In this document: one piece after another, positions 57,369-64,000 of the stretch
Layout: every line of letters starts with the position of its first letter
Numbering within the stretch: position 1 is the first letter of the stretch
Source of the DNA: Candidatus Latescibacterota bacterium
GTDB taxonomy: Bacteria; Latescibacterota; UBA2968; GCA-2709665
Assembly (NCBI GenBank): GCA_965203805.1
Contig: OZ241917.1
Span: forward strand, 5,664,001-5,728,000
Direction: 5' to 3'
Length of the DNA stretch: 64,000 nt
Program-made: the position numbers and the translations under genes
The notes under the pieces: model-generated
The model's database searches: none
What the model was told of the DNA's origin: nothing
Seen by the model: the letters and a program-made list of their open reading frames with translations, nothing else

Positions 57369-58502
57369 ATGAAAATAACAGAGGTAAAGACCTTTCCCGT
57401 ATTCTACGGTTCCCGGAACTACCTTTTCGTAAAGATTGAAACCGACGAAGGCATCTACGGTGTGGGCGAATTCGGGATCACGTGGAAAGAGCAGGCCGGC
57501 GTCGGCGCGATTCGGCACATGGCTTCGGACCTCATCGGCCGGGACCCGCTTAACATCGAATACATCTGGCAGATCCTGTTCCGGGGCGATTTCTTCCCCG
57601 GCGGGCGTATCCATATGGCCGCGATCAGCGCGATCGACATCGCCCTTTGGGACATCAAGGGCAAGGCCCTGGACCAACCGGTCCATATGCTGCTGGGCGG
57701 CAGGCTCCGGGACCGTGTCGTCTGCTACACCGGTATCGGCGGCGGGACGCCGGAAGAAACGGCGCGTTCCGCCGAAGACCGTGTCGCCGAAGGGTGGAAA
57801 TATCTCCGCATGTCCGTTCTCGATCGTGACGGCATCCTGGAACCCGCAACGGCCGTTCGGGATTCCGTCGCGCATTTCGCGGCGGCCCGGGAAGCTGTCG
57901 GTCCCGATATCGAAATCTGCATCGACGTTCATACGCGGCTGGATCCCCCCGACACCATCCGCCTGGGCCGAAAACTGGAACCGTACGATCCGTTTTTCAT
58001 CGAAGACCCGCTCAGGTGTGAGAACCCGCAGACCTACCGTCTGGTCCGCAACCACGTGAACTGTCCGCTGGCCGTGGGGGAACACTACGCCACCAAGTGG
58101 GAGTTCCGCCAGCTCATCGAGGAAGAACTGGCCGACTACGCGCGTATCGACCTCTGCATTGTCGGCGGCCTCACCGAGGCCCGCAAGGTGGCCAACTGGT
58201 GTGAGACCCACTACATCAGGATTGTGCCCCATAACCCGCTCGGTCCGGTTTCGGCCGCCGCCTGCCTCCACCTGGACGTTGCCACGGACAACTTTGCCGT
58301 TCAGGAAGGCGGTCTCGTCGGGCGCACCGTCATGGAGGACCTGTTTCCCGTCCAGGCGCCGTACGAATCGGGTTACCTCCTCGCGACCGACCGCCCGGGA
58401 CTTGGGGTTGAATTCGACGAGGCCGCGACCGGGAAATACCCGTTCCGGTGGGGGCACGGCCCCCGGCTGAAACGGGAAGACGGTTCGTTCACGAACTGGT
58501 AG
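57369..58502 (+). CDS. mandelate racemase/galactonate dehydratase-family enzyme
   Basis: AIDIALWDIKGK, DVH, IEDP, VGE, PHNP, PGLGVE. Confidence 0.9.
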   Translation: MKITEVKTFPVFYGSRNYLFVKIETDEGIYGVGEFGITWKEQAGVGAIRHMASDLIGRDPLNIEYIWQILFRGDFFPGGRIHMAAISAIDIALWDIKGKALDQPVHMLLGGRLRDRVVCYTGIGGGTPEETARSAEDRVAEGWKYLRMSVLDRDGILEPATAVRDSVAHFAAAREAVGPDIEICIDVHTRLDPPDTIRLGRKLEPYDPFFIEDPLRCENPQTYRLVRNHVNCPLAVGEHYATKWEFRQLIEEELADYARIDLCIVGGLTEARKVANWCETHYIRIVPHNPLGPVSAAACLHLDVATDNFAVQEGGLVGRTVMEDLFPVQAPYESGYLLATDRPGLGVEFDEAATGKYPFRWGHGPRLKREDGSFTNW

Positions 58503-58592
58503 GCATTCCGGGAGGCGTGCGCGGGAACGTGACGGGGCCATGGGACGTGGCGCGGGCAACAGCGCGACAGGGCAGGGGATTCGTGCAGAGAA

Positions 58593-58623
58593 AAAGGGTT
58601 ACGCCGAGTTGGCGTAACCCTTT
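58593..58623. terminator. bidirectional hairpin terminator between the dehydratase gene and tRNA-Leu
   Basis: AAAGGGTTACGCC-GAGTT-GGCGTAACCCTTT perfect 13-bp stem. Confidence 0.7.
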
Positions 58624-58632
58624 GATTGTTTT

Positions 58633-58719
58633 TGGTGCCGAAGCCGAGACTCGAACTCGGACGGGCATGCGCCCACTGCGCCCTCAACACAGCGTGTCTA
58701 CCATTTCCACCACTTCGGC
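58633..58719 (-). tRNA. tRNA-Leu (GAG)
   Basis: GCCGAAG...CTTCGGCACCA; anticodon loop TTGAGGG; long variable arm. Confidence 0.93.
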
Positions 58720-58817
58720 AAAATGGAACCGGCCGTCTGCCGCACCGATCGGGCCGGCGGAACGGCCGACAGTAACTATCGTTCGGATCGGGACGTATCG
58801 GAAGTCGCCGGGAATCG

Positions 58818-59213
58818 CTACCTTACCGTATCGGCGGGTGAAGTTGCCGGCTGGGTACGTTCGGAAGCCGCACCCTGCCCGGACTGGTCGAGCGGCTGAG
58901 GCAGGCCGGACGGCGCGCTCTGAAGCGGCAAGGGCTGTTCCCGGAGGGCACGCTCGGCCGCGCTCTCGGGGACCGAACTATCGCCCCGGGAGGCGTACCA
59001 GAGTGCGATGCAGGTCAGAAAAAAAACAACCGCCAGAACGGTGGTTACCTTGCTCAGAAACGTGGCGGCGCCGGCCCCGCCGAACATCGCGCTTCCGCCG
59101 CCGCCGCCGCCGAAAGCGGTGGAGAGGCCGCCCCCTTTGCTGGCCTGCAGCAGAATGGTTACGATCAATACCAGGCAAACCAGAACATGAACGATAAGAA
59201 GAAGCGTTGTCAT
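58818..59213 (-). CDS. secG: preprotein translocase subunit SecG
   Basis: ILLQASKGGGLS..FGG, FLSKVT; lies between tpiA and tRNA-Leu. Confidence 0.93.
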   Translation of the reverse strand: MTTLLLIVHVLVCLVLIVTILLQASKGGGLSTAFGGGGGGSAMFGGAGAATFLSKVTTVLAVVFFLTCIALWYASRGDSSVPESAAERALREQPLPLQSAPSGLPQPLDQSGQGAASERTQPATSPADTVR

Positions 59214-59222
59214 TATTGATTC

Positions 59223-59981
59223 CTACAGAATTGCAGCCTTTACGATGGCCGCGAATGCATCGGACTCGAGCGAAGCGCCACCGATCAATCCGCCGTCGAT
59301 ATCGGACCGGCTGAACAGATCGGCGGCATTCTCCGGTTTGACGGAACCGCCGTACTGGATTCGCACCGACCGCGCGACGTGGTCGCCGTACAGGTCCCGA
59401 AACCCCCTGCGGATCGAAGCGTGAACGGATTCGGCCTGCTCGGGCGTTGCCGTCAACCCCGTGCCGATGGCCCACACGGGTTCGTAGGCGACCACGCAGC
59501 CCGCCGCATCCGATGCGGTCACGTCGCTGAAAGCCGCCGTGACCTGCCGCTGAACCACCTGTTTTGTTTCCCCGGACCGGCGCTCGCCGATGGTTTCACC
59601 CACACAAACGATCGGATTCAGCCCGGCGTCGAGGGCGGCCCTAAGCCGCTGATTTACAGTTGTATCCGTTTCGCCGAAATATGTGCGCCGTTCAGAGTGC
59701 CCTAATATAACGTACTCACATCCGCATGTCAACAGCATGCCCGCCGAAACCTCCCCTGTAAACGCCCCTTCATCCGCCCAGTGCAGATTCTGCGCACCCA
59801 ACTTCACGGAACTGCTCCCAAGCACGTCACGGACGCGCTCGAGAACCGTAAAGGCGGGACAGACCACGACCTCGACATCAGTCGCGCCGTCCACCGAATC
59901 CAGAATCCCCCGCGCGAGGTCTTCCGCCTCGCCGGACGCCATGTGCATTTTCCAGTTTCCCGCCACAATGGGTACACGCAT
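59223..59981 (-). CDS. tpiA: triosephosphate isomerase
   Basis: AGNWKM, GHSERR, AYEPVWAIGTG, YGGSV, GGASL. Confidence 0.96.
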   Translation of the reverse strand: MRVPIVAGNWKMHMASGEAEDLARGILDSVDGATDVEVVVCPAFTVLERVRDVLGSSSVKLGAQNLHWADEGAFTGEVSAGMLLTCGCEYVILGHSERRTYFGETDTTVNQRLRAALDAGLNPIVCVGETIGERRSGETKQVVQRQVTAAFSDVTASDAAGCVVAYEPVWAIGTGLTATPEQAESVHASIRRGFRDLYGDHVARSVRIQYGGSVKPENAADLFSRSDIDGGLIGGASLESDAFAAIVKAAIL

Positions 59982-60021
59982 CTCGGTCTCCGCACGAAAT
60001 CGCTCAGTCACACCGGGAGGT

Positions 60022-61215
60022 TCATGGGTTGCGGTCCGACAGGGCGGCCACGCCCGGAAGCACCCTGCCTTCCAGAAATTCCAGGAAGGCCCCGCCGCCG
60101 GTTGAAACATGACCCAGCCTGTCCGCGAGACCGCACGTTGTCAGGGCCCCGACCGTTTCTCCGCCGCCGGCGAGGGTATTGGCGCCGCGCGACGACGCCT
60201 CCGCAACGGCTTGCGCCACGGCGTGGGTACCCGGTGCAAAGGCAGGGATCTCCGATACGCCCATCGGCCCGTTCCACACCACGGATCCGGCGTTCAGGAT
60301 CTCCTCCGAAAAGATCGTCCGGGTGTCGGGCCCGATATCGAATCCCTCCAGGTCCGCCGGCATGGCGTCTCGCGGTACGACCTGAGATACCGCGTCGTCT
60401 CGCGGCGCGACCGCAACCACGCAGTCTGTGGGCAGCAGCAGCCGGACGCCGGCGCCGGCAGCGCGTGTCAGCAGGACTTCCGCCATCCCAACGCGGTCCT
60501 CCTCAAGAAGCGACCGTCCAATCTCAAGGCCCATCGCCTTGAAGAACGTGTACGCCATACCTCCGCCGATCAGAAGCGTATCCACGAGGGACAGCAGATG
60601 CTGGATGATGTCGATCTTTCCCGAAATCTTCGCGCCGCCGAGGACGGCGACAAACGGCCTTGCCGGCGCCGACAATGCCTCTTCCAGGGAATCCAGTTCC
60701 CGCTGCATCAGGAACCCGGCGGCACAGTCCACGAAATGATGGGTCACGCCTTCCGTGGACGCGTGCGCCCGGTGCGCCGTGCCGAAAGCGTCGTTTACGT
60801 AGGCAGAACCCAATTCACAGAGCTGGCGGGCGAAATCGGGATCGTTCGCCTCCTCCGCCGCGTGAAACCTCAGATTCTCCAGCAGGACCACGCCATCCGC
60901 GCCCTTTGCGAGCGCCTCCGCTTCCGGACCCACACAATCCGGCGCCATCAGGACGTCTCGCCCCAACAATTCGCCAAGGCGTTCGGCCACGGGCTTCAGT
61001 GAAAATTCGGGATTGGCGCGCCCGCCGGGCCTGCCCAGGTGGGACATCAGGATCGGAACGCCTCCGTGATCCAGGATATACCGGACCGTGGGGAGCGCGG
61101 CACGAATCCGTGTGTCGTCCCCGACGCCCCCGTTCTGGAGCGGCACGTTGAAATCCACGCGTACCAGCACCCGCCGTCCGGCAAGCTCCAGATCCGTAAT
61201 CGAAAGTTTCGCCAT
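60022..61215 (-). CDS. pgk: phosphoglycerate kinase
   Basis: RVDFNVP, SHLGRP, NDAFGTAHRAHAS, GGAK, STGGGA. Confidence 0.96.
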   Translation of the reverse strand: MAKLSITDLELAGRRVLVRVDFNVPLQNGGVGDDTRIRAALPTVRYILDHGGVPILMSHLGRPGGRANPEFSLKPVAERLGELLGRDVLMAPDCVGPEAEALAKGADGVVLLENLRFHAAEEANDPDFARQLCELGSAYVNDAFGTAHRAHASTEGVTHHFVDCAAGFLMQRELDSLEEALSAPARPFVAVLGGAKISGKIDIIQHLLSLVDTLLIGGGMAYTFFKAMGLEIGRSLLEEDRVGMAEVLLTRAAGAGVRLLLPTDCVVAVAPRDDAVSQVVPRDAMPADLEGFDIGPDTRTIFSEEILNAGSVVWNGPMGVSEIPAFAPGTHAVAQAVAEASSRGANTLAGGGETVGALTTCGLADRLGHVSTGGGAFLEFLEGRVLPGVAALSDRNP

Positions 61216-61399
61216 ATTGCCGATCCCCGGCGCCAACTACTTTCTGGCAATTATAAGACAGGGAGCCGTCCTGCGCTCGTTGCGTGCGTAGTCCGGCTCC
61301 CGAAACCCCGCTCACCGGCAGCTTTTCCGAAAGCGGTCAACATATATACGATTTTCGTGCAGCGCCGCCTCGGGCCGGACACGCCTTCTGCGGCGGCGC

Positions 61400-62413
61400 C
61401 TATGCGTCCGTCCTTCGGGCTTCGTCCAGCGATTCGACGAGATCCACGCACCGGCAGGAGTACCCCCATTCGTTGTCGTACCAGCCGCACACCTTGACCA
61501 TCGTCCCGCAAATGACCGTCGTCATTTCGGAATCGAACACGCAGGAGTGGGGGTTGCCGATGATATCCGCCGAGACCAGCGGCTCGTCCGAAAACTCCAG
61601 GATGCCCTTGAGACGGCCTTCCGCAGCCTCCTTGAACGCGTCGTTGACCGATTCCGCGGTCGCCGGGTTCCGGAGGGTCGCTACAAAATCCGTATAGGAG
61701 CCGTCGGGCGTCGGAACGCGCACGGCCATCCCGTCCAGGTTTCCGTTCAACTCGGGGATGACCTTGCCCACCGCGCTGGCCGCCCCGGTGGTTGTGGGGA
61801 TCATGGAAAGGGCCGCGGATCTCGCCCGGCGAAGATCCGAGTGCGGCGCATCGATCATGCGCTGGTCGCCCGTATAGGCGTGAATGGTCGTCATCAGTCC
61901 CTTTTCGACGCCGAAAGCCTCCTGCAGGACGCTTACCATGGGGGCCAGGCAGTTGGTGGTGCACGAAGCATTGGAAATCACTCTGTCGTGCCCCGTCAGC
62001 GTCTCGTGGTTAATGCCCATCACCACCGTTGGGACGTCGCCCCTGGCGGGAGCGGAAATGATCACCCGTCCGGCGCCCGCGTCGAGATGCTTGCCGGCGC
62101 TGTCCTTATCCGTAAAGAATCCCGTTGATTCGATCACAACGTCCACGCCGAGAGACCGCCACGGCAGCATCACCGGATCCCGCTCGGCCAGTACGATGAC
62201 CTCGCTGCCATCCACGGCCAGCGACTTTTCCCGGATTTCCACGTTGCCCGGATATTTTCCGTGCGTGGAGTCGTACTTCAGCAGATGCCCGAGCGTACCG
62301 GCGTCGGTCAGGTCGTTTACCGCCACCACGTCGATTCCGGGCCTGCGCATCGCGGCCCGAAATACCAGCCGGCCGATTCGACCGAATCCGTTAATGGCCA
62401 CTTTGATCGCCAT
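61400..62413 (-). CDS. gap: glyceraldehyde-3-phosphate dehydrogenase
   Basis: INGFGRIGR, SNASCTTNCL, WYDNEWGY. Confidence 0.97.
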   Translation of the reverse strand: MAIKVAINGFGRIGRLVFRAAMRRPGIDVVAVNDLTDAGTLGHLLKYDSTHGKYPGNVEIREKSLAVDGSEVIVLAERDPVMLPWRSLGVDVVIESTGFFTDKDSAGKHLDAGAGRVIISAPARGDVPTVVMGINHETLTGHDRVISNASCTTNCLAPMVSVLQEAFGVEKGLMTTIHAYTGDQRMIDAPHSDLRRARSAALSMIPTTTGAASAVGKVIPELNGNLDGMAVRVPTPDGSYTDFVATLRNPATAESVNDAFKEAAEGRLKGILEFSDEPLVSADIIGNPHSCVFDSEMTTVICGTMVKVCGWYDNEWGYSCRCVDLVESLDEARRTDA

Positions 62414-62478
62414 TTCGACTACCTCCAGATCAGATTTAAGCCAGCCGGCCGATCACCGCCGGGGGCATGCAGGCCAAA

Positions 62479-62591
62479 CAGCCCGTTGAAAAAGCCCATC
62501 CGGGCGGTGTCCCTTACCCGTGGCCGAATGGTGACACATTTTCGGGACGGGACCGACACCTCGCCGGCAGAGCGGCTTCTTCAACGGACTG
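62479..62591. mobile_element. 113-bp MITE-like element
   Basis: TIRs CAGCCCGTTGAAAAAGCC and GGCTTCTTCAACGGACTG (16/18 complementary). Confidence 0.6.
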
Positions 62592-62700
62592 ATGAGCGAT
62601 GATGCACCGGAAAGTCGGCGGGTGAGCGCGCACCGACCCGACGTCTGCGATTGCGCTCGTGTGCCGCGCTCACCCGAATTGAAATCCGGGATTGACAGGG

Positions 62701-63738
62701 TCAGCCGAAAAAGACCCTGGCGATGTCATACAGATTCATGTCGACGGTGCGCAACTTGGATACCGCGTCTTTCAGCGGTACAGATATGATATCTGTACCC
62801 CGCAGCGCCACCATCTGGCCGAATTCGCCGGTGTGCACGAGGTCGATCGCAGCGATGCCGAACCGGGTGCCCAGAACGCGGTCGAACGCCGTCGGATTGC
62901 CTCCGCGCTGGATGTGCCCCAGCACGGTGACCCGGGTTTCGAAGCCCGTTCGCTTTTCTATTTCTTCACCGAGTACGATGCCGATTCCGCCCAGACGGAC
63001 GTGCCCGAAGGCATCGCGTTCCTCGGATTGAAGAACGTGCGACTCGTCGGACAGCCTGGCGCCCTCGGCAACCACCACGATGCTGAAGGTTTTGCCGCGG
63101 TCGTGGCGTTTCTGAATGGAGGCGCAGACCATTTCCAGGTCGACGGGCTGTTCGGGTATCAGGACCATGTCGGCGCCGCCCGCGATGCCCGCTTCCACGG
63201 CGATCCAGCCCGCGTGACGCCCCATCACCTCCACCACCATCACCCGGTTGTGGGACTCGGCGGTCGTATGCAGCCTGTCGATGGCGTCCGTGACGGTATT
63301 GATGGCCGTATCGAACCCGAAGGTCTGGTCCGTGCCGTCCAGGTCGTTGTCGATGGTCTTTGGCACGCCGATGACGTTCACGCCGTCTTCGTAAAGCTTG
63401 CTCGCCACGCCGACCGTGTCGTCTCCGCCGACGGCAATCAGCGCATCCAGACCCATATTTACCAGGTTCTCCTTTACGGTAGCGCTGCCGTTGGGCTCCT
63501 TGTACGGATTGGTCCTGGACGTGCCGAGGATGGTTCCCCCCCGGGGCAGGATGCCCGAAACGGCATTCAGGTCCAGCGGCATTGAGACCGACTCGAGCAT
63601 GCCTCTCCAGCCGAGCATAACACCCACGATCTCGTAACCGTAAGCGTCTATCCCCTTCCGGGTCACCGCCCGTATAACCGCGTTCAACCCGGGGCAATCG
63701 CCGCCGCCGGTTAAAATGCCAACACGCCTGATCGCCAT
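62701..63738 (-). CDS. pfkA: 6-phosphofructokinase
   Basis: GGGDCPGLNAVIR, GGTILGTSR, PKTIDND, EVMGR, LGHIQRGG. Confidence 0.95.
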   Translation of the reverse strand: MAIRRVGILTGGGDCPGLNAVIRAVTRKGIDAYGYEIVGVMLGWRGMLESVSMPLDLNAVSGILPRGGTILGTSRTNPYKEPNGSATVKENLVNMGLDALIAVGGDDTVGVASKLYEDGVNVIGVPKTIDNDLDGTDQTFGFDTAINTVTDAIDRLHTTAESHNRVMVVEVMGRHAGWIAVEAGIAGGADMVLIPEQPVDLEMVCASIQKRHDRGKTFSIVVVAEGARLSDESHVLQSEERDAFGHVRLGGIGIVLGEEIEKRTGFETRVTVLGHIQRGGNPTAFDRVLGTRFGIAAIDLVHTGEFGQMVALRGTDIISVPLKDAVSKLRTVDMNLYDIARVFFG

Positions 63739-64000
63739 GGGAGCGCTCCGCGTCAGGTCCGATCGTCACGCATGATTTATCGTACGGACAGGTTCGGTTT
63801 ACACGGCTGCCCATCCGCAATACGACTCGTTCGCAAACGGTAAATTTAACGCATCACGCGCTCAGTGTCAAGTTGTTTTTTTTGTCAAAGTGTTTGGAAT
63901 CAATGCGTTAGATGAAAAGACCGGTGCCGGACCCGTCCATTGGGGCGCCGGTTATTTCCGCATCGAAATAGGGACATGCCAACGTCGCCACGACGACTTC

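Noticed and set aside
1-64000. CRISPR array or cas genes
   Set aside because: No repeat-spacer series or cas motifs seen; the 47788-47851 repeat has two adjacent units and no spacer.

Overview
GC-rich bacterial chromosome segment. The secreted protein with twin DFDxDGxVxFxDF dockerin/EF-hand-like repeats and the many catabolic enzymes suggest a Latescibacterota/Gemmatimonadota-like lineage (inference). The left ~8.3 kb looks like an accessory island ending at the 3' end of tRNA-Glu. It holds a translationally coupled operon (amino-DNA methyltransferase, MORC-type GHKL ATPase fused to a histidine kinase, receiver-domain protein missing from the ORF track and cut by the window edge) and two tandem ABC exporters. 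Next come tRNA-Val, a zinc-ribbon protein, RNase HI, RNase P RNA, pyrF, an ABC-F ATPase, metabolic genes and mdh. These are followed by a D-amino-acid-type operon ending in an 'LGY-tail' miniprotein and a sulfotransferase, then a ~670-bp non-coding element with matching hairpin/pseudoknot structures at both ends. The rest comprises a sigma54-type lipoprotein/LpoB operon, HD and HNH genes, a BlaI/BlaR1-like locus with tlpA and tonB, a TetR-RND efflux operon, an AAA-DUF4143 gene with a tandem palindromic operator, an aquaporin, and pfkA-gap-pgk-tpiA-secG-tRNA-Leu. No CRISPR array, integrase or transposase was seen. All calls come from motif reading by eye; no database searches were run.
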